Below, piece by piece: positions 25,201-38,600 of a stretch of 64,000 nucleotides of DNA; the first letter of the stretch is position 1, and the number at the start of each line of letters is the position of its first letter. This DNA is from Lingula anatina (Eukaryota; Animalia; Brachiopoda): NCBI GenBank assembly GCA_051362555.1, contig CM120641.1:41174401-41238400 (forward strand), given 5' to 3'. The notes under the pieces were generated by a model. It was not told where the DNA came from, did no database searches, and worked only from the letters and a program-made list of their open reading frames with translations. The translations under genes and the position numbers were made by a program.

Positions 25201-28200
25201 TTTTTGTTTTATTGTTCACTGAGCAGTGTTCTGCTCTCGGAGGAAGGAGAGGCAATTGATTTACAGGAGAGCTCAGAGCTCGGCGATGCTTAATAAGCAG
25301 ACTGCAGTCAGGTATACGCCAGGTACAGCAAGACACTTTGGTCAGGAGAGCTGGCGTGACAACACATATGTGATACACGGTTTCCATGGCAACGGTGAAA
25401 ATTATCATAAATGAAAGTTGTTATGTCTTATCGAGAGTCCTTATATTTTCTATGTGAGAACGGAGAACAATAGCACCAGCAGCAGTGCTCACTTGGATTC
25501 TCCCCCCCCCCCCCCCTCCCCCACTTCTCTCCTCTCGTCACTGCCACCTGCCATCTAACTCCTGTCTCCAGGGAGGTGGAGTAGATTCTGTGATTCCATT
25601 GTTACTGCCTTCATTACACACCATTACTGTCCATTAAAAGAGCTTCAAGGCTATTTGACCTAATTTTCCATCTATTACAGGGTAATTAAGGTGATAAAGA
25701 AGTAAAGAACAGATTTAATTAAACATCTCAAAAACTCTTGTACATTCATTGATTGTTTTCATTTAATATTTATTCCTTAAATAACTGTTCTTTTTTTGTT
25801 CTCTCCTCTAACCACAAGCTGTTTGTTTTGGAAAATCATCATCACCTACAATTTGTGCTTGGGGAATAATAAATAAAATACGAGATTTTGAAAATAATAA
25901 GGGATATGAAATAAAATGGTTAGGCCTAATTCCTATCATACTCTGGTTGCAGCTGTATCTGCATTACCTGGAGATAGCTGACATATTACAGAGATCGGAA
26001 GCAAACACACACACAGCAAAGATTATGCAGAGAACCATAAATCTCACATCAACAGGCCACCTCTCTACACAGTGGCTGTGAACCACTAAACTATCAAACT
26101 TACAAGTAATCAAAGAGCCTAAGCACTTGATGGCGACAAGCGAGAAATGTGCCACGCTCCACTTACAATGTATTTACAAAACACATCTGCTCTAACAAAA
26201 CTCTGGACAGCAGGTTTCTACTTTATTGCACTGCTAGTGTCAAAATGAGCAGGCTGGCAACTGTTACCAATTGGATACTTATGCCCAACAAGCATCTGTC
26301 TGTCAAATACTAACCACCTTTTATAAAATCAGTTTGGATTTATTGATGACAAATATACATCTAAAGGGCAAGTGTTTTAATGTGTAAAAAAGTTCAAAGT
26401 CACCTAAAACTATGAGATTTTGAATAGTTAATCTGTATTCATTATGGACTCTTGGCACACGTGACAAGGAAAAACCGTCATTACAACTTATCAACAATTG
26501 TCATATAAATTGTCTGATCCTTCCTCATCAATCCTTCTCCCTTTCCACCACCTAGACCTCTTATGGAAAACACGTCTTCAGTTGAAAGCACTGGGATGCA
26601 TTTATCAGTATACTGTAAAAAAATCATCTGTTTTCAAGTAAAATCAGATGTTCTTTTCTGGGGGCTGGGACTGCAGCATGCTCACCTAACCAAACAAAAA
26701 TCTCACCTTGCTTCAAGCTACTATGGTACATATGAAGAGCGGAATTCTCTAATTTTATACAATCGTTTGAAGAAGGGTTGAATGTCTGAGCATATCAGCG
26801 ATTCAATTGACTCAACCTTGGAATGCATCACCCATCAAAACATGCTACAACTTGTAGATTTAGTGCTATTTTCAAAACAAGAAACAGCAACAGTTCTTTT
26901 TTTTGGTTTTTGTTTAAAAGTTCTCTCTCACAAAGTGCATCAGGTGTGTGTGAATGACTCCATGCTGAGCTTTATACCACTCGTCAAGATGTCATAATAT
27001 GTAGCTGAGTTTGTTATATGGTTCAGTAACAAACAGTGCTAGCGCTAATTCTTTCCCTTCCTCTCTGGGCGAACCTCCTGACCTTCACCATGTGCCGTAC
27101 TGTAGCCTGGTGCCACGCAGCAATCAGGGGAGATGTCTGAGTCCAACTGGGTTTGCATAATCCCCCATTACATGGATGACTTCCACAGGCTCACTACTTG
27201 TCAGACCAATTAATCTGTTCTTTATTTAACTGTTAAACGCAATTCTGAGGATAACTTTATTACTGGGAATATTCACATTGTTCACTGTCATTTCTCTGAC
27301 AGAAATCAGGGCAAATGTGGCATTTTCAGACAAAATACTACTTTTTGTAATCACATCATTTTTTTAAAAAAAGGGTCAGTTATGAATAATAAATATGCTG
27401 AATCAACAGATGGATGTTGTATTCCAGTGCAATACAGGGGTTAGCTATACAGGATAGAGGACTTCCCATCAATGCAGAAGTCTGCTTCCTCAGGCTGTGG
27501 CATTTCAAAGATTTTATCCTTGCTGTTCTAATAACAAAATTAATTCCCAGCCAATTTATCTGAAAGGAGATTAGTGAACATATAGATCTGCTGTTGAACA
27601 CATTTCCCAAATCAATTTAATCTGCTGTGCCATGTCTGAATCACTGCCACGCAGTTCTGAGGCATATCAAATATAGAAAAATACACATCCACACATAGAA
27701 CTATCTACCTACAAGACTCACCTCATCTGTAGGGTAAGATGGTATTTATTTATTTATCTTCTATTCATTTTAGTTCCTGCTTTTTTACTGACACAGCTGG
27801 AATCCAATCTACAGCAAAAATATAGGCAAGCGAGCCAGTGAGTACAATATGGAAAAGCTAAGGTGAGGCCAAGCGTCCCTCCTCAGTTCTCTGAATAATT
27901 ATAATAATAATACCCAGTGGGAAACCAAGTTTTAGTAGCAATCTCCATATTACTTGATGCACCTTCCACTATATGTATTCTTTTGACCCTTAGTAAAAAC
28001 AGTCCCATCAAGTTTTATTAACAAAGACAGTCTGCATTATTTTCTTATTAACCACTGTGGATATGGATGCATTCCTGGCCTCTTCTGCCCATATGCCACG
28101 AATATTATATTTGAGGTTTTATTATTAATGAAAAATATATATCTTAAATTAAGTTTATTGGAGCAACAGTGCAAGTACCCTCAGTTAATCATGGTGTAAG

Positions 28201-31200
28201 GAGAAATGCAAGCATTAATGAGAAACCCTGGAATTTCAAGACCACTTGAGTCTATACGGAAATTCCTACATAAGATAAAGGAAATGAAAGCTATATGACA
28301 TTTTTTTACTGATATCCAGGAACTCTTTATTCATTCACTAGGTAGAATTTCTATTTCAGTGCCGGACTTGTGGCAGCACATTGTAGGCCCAGTGAAGCAC
28401 ATGTAACTTTTGTCATCTGATCCAAAATCTTCCATCTGTTCCAGGCCTCAGAGCTACTGTTGGCATTTTCCCTCAGATTTCCCCTGCTTCGCTGTGAAAC
28501 CAAGTAGCAAAAGCTACTGCCTTCACCTCGCTTTTTCATTCAATTCAAACTATTTTTAGTCTTCAGAAATTTTAGACTTTTCACCTTTTTATTCAGTATC
28601 AGCAGTATAGATCTAGCTCTGCTAATAGTCTGCTTGTAGTTTCTTTTTTCTTAATTACAATAATCCAGGCAGTTAAATCAACTTAGTCTCAAGCACTCCA
28701 ATAAGTATCCTTAGCATATTTTATCTCAGATGTCCATTATTAGCACATCATATCCACTCAACAATTAATCAGTCAATAGTTTTATTAAGTGATATGTTGA
28801 TTTAACAAGCACCTCAAATATTGAATTTGTGATTAAGGTACAAGTGATAGCTGCAAATGGCTGTGTACTTTAACCGCCAAATCACAGCATATCCCGTCCA
28901 GTGGAAATAAAAACCACCTCCGCTTGGCTTTCCACACTGCTGACCAAGTTACACTACCAACATGTAACATGATCAGGATTATGAATACATCTATATCTGT
29001 TCTAATGCATCACAAAACAAGTTTGATAAATTTCCCCTACAATGTGCCAAGAAAGCTAATCTGCATAGATACGCAAAGCAGGTAGAGGCAAGTTCATTTC
29101 AAAATGTCTCCCAACGTTTTAAATCACAATAGCCTGCAGAAAGCGTCTTTACACCTCTCTGGGTCTATTGTTGCAACATTCAAAGGTGGAGCAAGCTGTA
29201 TTGCTGCTCTCACCTTCTCAAACTGGTAGGATGAAAGTAATAATTGACCCTTAGAAAACATGAGGGTCTCGACTGAACCACGGCTTACTGGAGCACCGAG
29301 GCTTCCATACAATACTGGTGGGGGCTATGGATGAAATGGATAGTGCCCAATAGTTGAAAGCTGGGGTTTTATGTCAACACTGAACACGTTTACTCAGCCA
29401 TACACAAGCTAGACCGAACCAGTCAACCATTCTCTGCTCCCTCTGTAAAAATATCAATCCCGTTTACAATCCAAACAAGTCTACAATAGGCAAGGACTGT
29501 AGAAATATTTAGACTTGCAGTTCCAAACATGCAGTATTATCGGTCATATTTATGTAACTACAAGAAATCTGTTAATCCCACAGATTTGGGGGCTTATCCA
29601 TTGAAGTAATTTCTCTTATTTGCTAAGATTTAATACCTGGCTGCTTAATGAATTGTTACTTAAAATATAGAGTTAAATTCCTCTGGATACAACATGGAAA
29701 ACCATTCCACCCCTTTGTAAAATACAATTTAAAAAATATCATAAGAAAATTGAATTTATTAATTTTCTGGAGGTAGTTTCTCTTCCTATTCCACATGCAA
29801 TGTTTCCTGACCACGATATACCAGCACATATCTACCCAAAGCCTTTCCAATTGATTATCAGATGATTTTCTTTAATTTCCCTTGGTGCCCCTGATAATCT
29901 TTCCCTGTCATGCTACAGCATATGCTATAATTCTCCACACCCCCTGACTGAGTCCTGATTAATAATTCAACTGTGAAATCTAAATACATCATAATTAAAA
30001 GACAAGACTTAAGACAGGTAGCCAGTACCAAATTGGTGATCAGAAAAACTCAGGAAGGCAGAAGTAACCCTATTACAGCAATCAACTGTCTTCATTAATA
30101 TGATATTCAGCTCTGGTTTTATATTGGAATGCTTCCTTTTTCTTTATATTGTGGCTGGAGACTTTAACAGGTGCCCCGTCAAGAGCTGTCAAAACCCTGA
30201 GGTGGCTTTGAGGTGGCTTTGAACGGAGCTGAAAAGGATCATTGAGTCTGACCTCTAGCAAGAGATGTCTTGTCCCCAGCTACCTACTTCTCTCTGTACT
30301 CTCATTGATTGATTGGAGGACTTCAGGGAAAATTAGAATGATAATCAAGGCAACTGCAGAAAATTCAATTACAAAATTCAGTCGGCACAAAAGTTACCGT
30401 CCAGATTTCCTGTGGAGTTCTTTCCCCAGTGTAGCCACTAGTTTGACTCAAGTACTTGTCAGAGAAGGCACAACTGTTGAAACCAGCATGATGTTTGCTT
30501 TTAATCAATTTTATATGAATTTTTTTCCAACAAAGAAGGTCACTACATGAAGAGACAGCAAAAATAAAAATGTACTTCTCTTAATCTTGACATGAATCTT
30601 ACATGTCATCCTTTGGAATTTTGAAAATCAGACCACGCCAAACATATGTAGGTGGGGTAGCGGTGTCATTAGAAAGACGATCTGATGAAACCAAAGCTTA
30701 TTATTCTTAGAACACCTTGACAAGATGGATCAATACTTTGCCTTGTATGAGAAGCAAGATCAAGATAGCCAAAGATGGGTGCTGTTAGTGTGCTACATGG
30801 GCCTATTGAAACTGATACAATGTTGTACATATTGAAACAATGTTCTAATCACAACCTTTGAACTGCTTTATCTTATCATAGAAGGTTAGCATTCTTACAT
30901 ACATCATGGCTTAGATATAGAATAACAGAAGAGGTCACAATCCCAGCCTTATCTAGCTTATCACTTCCTGAGACAATCTAAATCGTAAAGTTTCACACTA
31001 GACCAAGGGGCGAGTACTTGGACAATTCAAACGGGACATTCTTCAAATTAAACAATGGGGTCGTCATCAACGGTAATGATAAGGCAAGTACAGAGGTCTA
31101 ATTCCTTCAGTATTGAGACGGTAGGAAACCTAATCCCGTATATTGCACATAACAATAGCCAAGCGGTGCGTGTCTCCGTCACGTCAAAGTCAGCGCCGCC

Positions 31201-31496
31201 GGCCAAACTGCACGCTGCGACAGGGTATTATTTTGATGAAATATATGAGCGATCATTAGCTTGGGGCTGGGCACACGCAAGGATCTTAGTGCATTCTGAA
31301 ATAAACTCAGGGATAAAATGACAAAAATGATTATGCGAGATAAAAATAAATAAAGAAAGATAAAGTCAAGAAGGATTTTTACCTCTTCTTCAGGTACAGT
31401 GTTTACTGAATCCATGCTCTGACTGAGTGCCATGGAAGTCTCGGTGCCGAGACCAATACTGTTATGTGCTGTCATCTCTGAAGATGTCTCTCTCAT
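8621..31496 (-). CDS. cpo: couch potato / MEC-8 / RBPMS-family RNA-binding protein with two RRMs (about 336 aa)
   Basis: Coding exons on the minus strand: 31496-31383, 18136-18059, 16002-15949, 14359-14297, 13971(or 13974)-13833, 12718-12582(or 12567), 11613-11420, 11111-11042, 9848-9741, 8674-8621. All are GT-AG with matching phases. Translation includes [102 protein letters not shown] (RRM1) and [84 protein letters not shown] (RRM2). The last exon ([17 protein letters not shown]) is less certain. Confidence 0.95.
9090..9184 (-). CDS. Candidate alternative terminal coding exon of the cpo/RBPMS gene
   Basis: Two acceptors (ATATTTCAG, exon start 9184; GTTTTGCAG, exon start 9143) lead into one frame ending [17 protein letters not shown] at 9090. 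They are phase-compatible with the two tandem donors after the RRM2 exon. Confidence 0.45.
11723..12392. mobile_element. Possible degenerate TTAA-flanked (piggyBac-like) non-autonomous element
   Basis: TTAACACTTGG...CACCAAGG at the left end and CCCTGGTG...CCAAGGTTAA at the right end form imperfect inverted termini with TTAA on both sides. Confidence 0.3.
13624..13680. repeat. 26-bp tandem duplication
   Basis: AGATATCAGATCTTTAAAGTGGTTTT followed by AGATATCAGATTTAAAAAGTGGTTTT. Confidence 0.7.
14038..14068. repeat. (GAT)n microsatellite
   Basis: Directly visible. Confidence 0.85.
19170..19197. repeat. (GA)n microsatellite
   Basis: Directly visible. Confidence 0.9.
24388..24632. repeat. Local direct duplication of about 65 bp
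   Basis: TATTAGATTCAGTGAC...CTCATGACAG at 24388-24453 and 24569-24632. Confidence 0.7.
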
Positions 31497-34400
31497 TCAG
31501 AACCTTTGACTTGGAACACAAATTATCTTCTTAGTCAACAGAAACGCCTCGTGAGAAGAGGGGATTCCGTAGCGCGTGCTTGGTTGCCGGTGTAGTAGTG
31601 CAGTGCCGCTGCTAAGGTGCCTTGGCTGTTGGTGCAGAAATACGTGGAGTGACAGGAGTTTTAATTACCAGTATCTACATGCAGCAACGCCATTCGTTTA
31701 ACTAAGTGTCTGATCCGAGGGAAAGACCACTTGTATTCACGCGAAAGGAAAATCCGCGACTGCTTCCAAGCCACAGTGTTGTTATTCTAATGCTTGAACT
31801 TTGCACACTGGTGTCACGTGACTTACCCGTCATTCATCTCTCTTGACCCCTGCCCCCGACAATCGCCGAAAAGATTCTCGCAGGGGGTGGAAGAGTGAAA
31901 TGCCGCCTGGAACTACTGCAGCAAATAGACTTTATTAAAACATCATTAAACACATCTACAGCAGCGGTAAAGCAGGAAAAAAGCAAGCACTATATTTTTT
32001 AAGCTGTCGTTGTTGAATTACACTTTAATTTGATTGTACTTTCTTAGCGCCGAAAAATAAACCTGTAAATATTTAATACCGATTCCATCGACGTGTAATT
32101 GCAAAAGGTTAATATTTCGGTTGCATGAGTGTTGTTCAATTACACGCAACCCCCATAATTATCCCCGCAGAAGCGAGGAAATTCCTGGGGCCCTGATCGA
32201 ATGCAAGGGTAGATTATTGCGATTGGGTGTGTTTGGGTGTAATTATTAATTCAAAGTTCGTGGGTTTCTTGGCGATAACCAGCATGACGCGCCCCAAAAA
32301 CAACTACCACCCCGATTAGAAATTTATGATTCAAGAACCTCATCGGAGGAGAAATGCAATACAAAATTAATCTTTTCACGAAAAATTGTTATATGTCTAC
32401 CGTTACGCGACATTTTCATGAAAAATAGACGATTAAAACAATATTATTTGTAGTTTGAAGTAACGGATAGGTTACATCCATATTCAAGGAAGCTTTTCAC
32501 GTATAAAGTAAAACTTTTATTCCACAAATTACTTTGAAAGAATTTTTATGTCATAAGATACACTTCAGAAATTGATGCGACGCTCTTTACGCCAACTTAT
32601 AACACTTTTTTTCACATTACCTTTCCAAACCTCTCAAATAAAAATATTTAAAACTTTTATTTCAAATTGGTTAGAACAACACTTTGTCCAGAAGTACTAT
32701 AAGTCGACGAAATGCCCGAATTGTTTGCACAGCACTGATATGCTTCGGTTACATGTTTCATTAACATCTTTTTCTGTAGAATGCCAAAATCAACGTGGCT
32801 TTTATTAGAGGTTAGCGTGAAAATGATTTTAATCAGAGATCAAAAACCCTGCTGGCAAAAACCCACGTTCGTGCTAACAGAAGGAAGGTGTGCCTGTCCG
32901 CCTGTTTCTATCGTTGCGTTGCAAACGGTGCCAGCAAATTTACAGTGTATAAACATCCCCACATCTTGACAACAGAAAATTGCAGCTACCCGCTGTACCC
33001 TCTATACAAGTGTTGTCAACAATTTTCAAAACTAGCCATGCTTTCTCCGTGGTTAAGCCCAGAGACGCGCCTATTACAGCAGGTAATGACGAGTCTCCTC
33101 GTTAGCCTGTCAAAATTTTACACGCTGCCAACAAAGCTCGTCACGAAAGCCATTCACTCGGCCTTCTCTTCCCCGTCGCGATAATCACACCGCGGCGAGC
33201 TGGGGCTTGACAGCTCAGAATCGGGGACCCATGGTCCATCATATATATTTTTATTATTATTTGATCCGTCTGATGATTGGCAGGTTTCGTTCTCTGTAGG
33301 TTTTGGCAAGTTTGTTAAAATTCGACTGTTTATAATGAAGTAACTAAATAACGCAGGGTAAAAAAAGTTAGGGCCTGTTAGACATTAAAAAGTAAAGTTG
33401 GTCTGGTATTTTGCCACCTCAAATGTCAATAAAACATTTGGTAACGCCCATTACTAGGTCAAATTACTCTAGTTTTAAAATAATTTTATCCACAATGTTC
33501 GAACTCTGGAGAATAAAACGTTGAATTCGTTCAATTTTAAAACAAGCCCAACAAAGTCATTTTTCATTAAAATGATTTCTACACGTTTGTGTTATTGAAA
33601 TCCATGTTTAAAAATTAAACGACGGATTTTTTAAAAATATCGCAATGCAATACACTAAGGACTAGGCACATTTCCAAATAGGGATGCATTATACATTCAT
33701 TTGCAGTTATAGATAATGTTTTCCGTTTTAAGGAACTAAATAAGTTGCAAAAGAAATATCTTTAATGTCTCCTTTCAATATCTATTCCCAATCCTACAGA
33801 CATTGCCATGGATATTGTAAACTCTCTGGCCACAGAGTGCACTAGTGTGTTACAAAATTATTGTACTGCACTTGAATACGGAATTTACTTATATTTGCTA
33901 ATAGTTTAATTTTTAAATACTATTTTAGAAGGCCCTTTTATCAGAGGGTAGATATTGTAAATGTTCTAACAAACCTCGGTATGTAAAATAGATTTTGATT
34001 TAAATTCACGACAGACATATTAGAAAAAATAAAATAGACTGGTGTCTCGTTTATATATCATCATGCCACATACTATTAGCATAGTATATTGAGCAATATC
34101 TTTTATTATATTTCTCTTTTCAGACCTTTACTGTTTACATCAAATCAGGTTGGGTTGCTAAGAAAGAAATAGGCTGACACTCATTTTGTGACTACGTATT
34201 CCTGTGACGGCATAAGTTGGAGAGGATATTGGATTGGGTTTGCGCAACGGAGGTATTGTGTTCAGGTATTTCCATGCATTATTCCGGGATGTCTTTTCCA
34301 ATCTCACGTTTCTTTTCATCAAAACAATGGATAATATATATGCATTAGGATGTACATCGTTAAAACGCGAGGGTGGGTTTTCTTTTCAGAATGCGACTTT

Positions 34401-35600
34401 GCATGAATGGAAAGAGCGATTTTCTGAGGAACATGCGATCTAAGAATCCAATTTCATAAAAGACATTAGACTCTAGGGAAGCCACATCAAGTTGCTCTCG
34501 TGTTTATCACTGATGAAAAATAAAACACGGATTCTCCTTCCTTCCCTCTCTGTCTTTTCAAACTGTCTCGCTTCCCTCTCCAAGCTGTGAGAAATAGACG
34601 ACCATTCATTTTCTATACCTTCACGCCATTCACTGGCAAATCAATATATTATTATTAAGAATCATGTCCTGTGAAATTACAGAGGCAGTCTTTCAATAAT
34701 CACCTAATGGCAGAGGTGATGGAGGAGGATCTTTTAACCCATGTCACTCCCGTATGCCACTGTCATCACTCTTCACACCACTGACCATAGAGTGCCCCAC
34801 GAAATGAGAGGATTTCATAACACATAATATGACCGACATGACACCTTGGAGGTGGGGGTGGGGGAGGCGGGGGGGGGGGGGGGGGGGGAGTCTTGAGAAG
34901 ATCGGCTGCACAACCTGGAAAGATACAAAGTTATGCGATTCTGACTGAAATTTCTTTACAAGAGTAATGTTAGGGAAAACGCGATCTCCTAAAAGGTGTG
35001 AAAATGTTCGTAAAAGATTATATATGAATGTTTTTATAATTAGTTTTTGTCATTTAGTCGCGAAAAAAAGGGGGGGTTGGACGTGAAGAACTCGTTAAAA
35101 TGTCAGATTTTGATACAATTCTCGATCTTTCCTGCATCACAAGTAACGTCCAGATATTTCTCCTAGTAAAGACGCTAAAACCCAAACGACCATACGTTGT
35201 GAAAAACACTTCTATTTCTGTTATAGAAAACCTTTTTACAATTCACGAACCCTTTTACATTTAAAATTTAATAATCTTTAGAAAAATCATCAGGTAGCGA
35301 GTTGCATAGGGCACGATCACGTTTTACATTGGTAGAAGGGGAGTCGTGTCGTAGGTCAGTGCTTGCACTAAGTACAGACCCTGTCAAGTGACATAATAGC
35401 CAGCACATTTCACCACTGTCAGAAAGGGGCGTAGCCACTTTTTTTCGAAAGACGATATTTTGCATGATTTCCAACCACTATTTATCTTTGATTCGGGAAA
35501 ATACTGTTAAATGCACGAAGCGACGCTGTTACTAGTTTAAGAGTGTGGCTGCCGTGTTTAATTGTCTTCAGTACACCTCCATCCTCACTCTCTCTAGATG
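31040..35600. promoter_or_regulatory. CpG-rich promoter/enhancer domain around the cpo/RBPMS first coding exon
   Basis: CG dinucleotides are visibly frequent here compared with the flanks (qualitative; boundaries approximate). Palindromic E-box GTCACGTGAC at 31813-31822. Confidence 0.55.
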
Positions 35601-38600
35601 TTAAACAAGTATATACTGCTCCTCGTCAGCTTAATAGATCTTATACGTACACATAAAATTAACCAGAGAAAGCGAGGTGGTCTCCAGCTTGCAAATACAT
35701 GTTATGCAAGTTATATTTTCCAATATATAAATTTTAATAAAGTCGGAATTAATGTGAAATGTGTGTCTTTTACAAACATAATAAAATATTATGTCAGTAA
35801 AACTGGAAAATATCATCTTATCTTTCTGAATAAAACACCTGTTGCTTTGGAGTGTTCAGCAGTTGCAATAACAAGTAAAATAACAAATAATATTCCCTTG
35901 AATAACCTTCAGCGAGACTATTATAATGAAAAATGAGAAGGATGAAATTGCATAACCCAACATCTAATGACAAAGGATGTAATTTTCCAGAGGGAGATCA
36001 TACACCTCTTGTCGTCACTTGAGTGTGAAGATGAGACCGACTGGAAGATGAAACCACAAAGTAAATGAAAACCTATGAAAGTGGTGAAGAGTTCAAATCC
36101 TGGCTACTTGAAGACGTGTGTATCGTGTCGCCATTATTAGTGCTCACTGGTGAACTGAACAACATCAGTGAGACGACATTAGCACCTGTACGAAAAACGT
36201 AAATGACAACAATGCACTTAGCAACCTGTGCAAAATTATATGTTTGTATACAGCAGATCATTCTTTCATACCATACTTTCCTATCACAATAGCCAAAAAC
36301 ATTTTAGCTTTTCATATGGCATCGCCAGACATCACCTAAATATTTCTGTATCTATATTAAAAGCAAGAAAATGATAAAAAGATATAACCTTAGACAAAAA
36401 ACTACCATTCTCCTACAGAGGGTATTTGGAATTTTGTTATCATCCAATTAATTTTTAATGGTCCCCTACCTCATGAAGAAATATTTCTCTTATTCAAATG
36501 CAAAAATAAACATTATATATATTATATATATTTTATATCACAAACTTTCCAATTGATGATTCCCAAAACCTAAGTGTTTTAAACTACCAACATTTTTATG
36601 AAAACTTGACAGATTTCCGCCACCAAAGTACTCTTTAAATTAATTAATGAAACAGATCGAATGTTTCTAATTTGTAGACCCATTAACAGTAAAAGAAAAA
36701 CACAGAGTTCAACTGAAGTGCTGTCAATACCTTTATATCATTAATTCATTAATCATGCTTGTAATCTTAACAACCAGGATCCTCTCCCACTTTAATTAAT
36801 CAGAAATATTAAAGATTGCAGGCTGCTAGACAGAGAGAACATTGAAATCCCAGACAATTAATAATGCATCCTTAATGATATCATTTTGCCAATCAATTCA
36901 ATATATGCTACATCATTATTCTTGGAGAAGTATCAGTGTGTTGTACAAGGTGTTCTTAAAGAAGTACAAGATTAACAAAAGGGCTGCCATTACTAACGGG
37001 AACTGTATTGAAAGCAGGGGGTTTAATGAGGAAACAAGTGTCATATAAAATTTCCAACAATTTAAATTATTTTTAGTAACTTTCTTTATTGTATTGTTCA
37101 TTGTTGATATAATATGACAGAGGCCTAACCCAGGTATAGACAAAGAAATTAATATAAAAAATGGATATTTTAGTGAAAAAAGTAATAGACAAATTTTACT
37201 TGAGTTGTGTGTCCACTTATGAGTCCTGTTACATAATTAATCACATTTGTCTTCTTTTAGCTTCAACCCAGTGAACACTTAATTGTTTTTTTATTTTGGA
37301 GCAGGTGACAGTATTCTTACCACTTAATAATTAGTTCATGCTTGCAAACAGGAAAATAAAAAGAATTAAGACAAATTAAGACAAGGAAAAGCTCATAACT
37401 GCATCACTGAGTCCAATCGAACTAATTCTGTAGTAATTCTAATATTTACTTAAAGCTCTGCTTTTCCAAAGTTAAGAGTTACTGATCAATCTTATTTTTG
37501 CTATGAAAGGACCACATTAAGTTTCTTCCCTGATGCTGAAGTCTCAAGACTGCCCACCTGTTTATTATGAACAAATCTCTTAATCCACTGCTAATCTGTT
37601 AATCAGCAACCCTATAAATCCTTTGTTCTCACCTTTAATTGACATTGAATTTTTTGTCATTAACCACATATATGCCATGTTTATATATTCTTTTATTGAA
37701 TCTAATGGGCCATTTTTATACACTTTTTACTGAAAAAACTATAAAAGTTCATCAATTAGACACACAAACATTATTTTGTCATCATCCAAACTGAAAAAAT
37801 AAGATGCACATAAAAGCAACAAGAGAATATACAGTGATATGAATGAGACAAATTTTGTAATGACGGAAGAAATGGAAGCTACCTAAGTGAATCATATCTG
37901 ACTTCGTCTTGGTACTCCATTCCAGTAACTTCATGGTCTGTCTCCCCTATGGGTAAAAAAGTATTGACTGCGCACAGATTCTTAAACCTAAGAAAATGCA
38001 CCAGATTCAATTACTTGGAAGTCAGCCTTCCAATATCCAGGCAAGGGTAATTGCTGACTTAATTAAACAGAAAACAGGGAGACTGAAGTCATGGAATATT
38101 GAATATTTCATTTCCTGTGGATAAGACTGTGATTAGTCTTGAAAGTCATGCAAGGATTAGTCCCTCATTACCAAATCTATGCCTTGCCTCATGCATTGAA
38201 TATGACCACAGGAGCCACCACTGGGCAGGGGCCGGGGGGGGGGGGGGGGGGGAGAGAGAGAGTGATAAAAAAAAACAACTGCTTAACCACAGTTGTGTAG
38301 CTAGGGTACACCATGGGCAGATCATACATATAATATGAGATGGAAATGTGACAGGGGCCCTAAAGGGAAATCATATACATATGAAAAATATGAGTTATGA
38401 ATCTGACAGAGGCCTTGAAGGGGGCACAAATTTTATCACATTTACCATTCTTAAAATTGTCTTATTGCACTGTAAATGTGAAGGGATAAAACTGCAAAAT
38501 GGAGCTTCTAAAGGCAGTACATGGTCCAAAAGTGAAAAACATATCACAACTAATGGTGTGCAGAGTACCTAAATATAAATGACACAAATAAATTTTTATT

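Noticed and set aside
31496-31800. Non-AUG N-terminal extension as described for Drosophila cpo
   Set aside because: An in-frame TGA immediately precedes the ATG at 31496.
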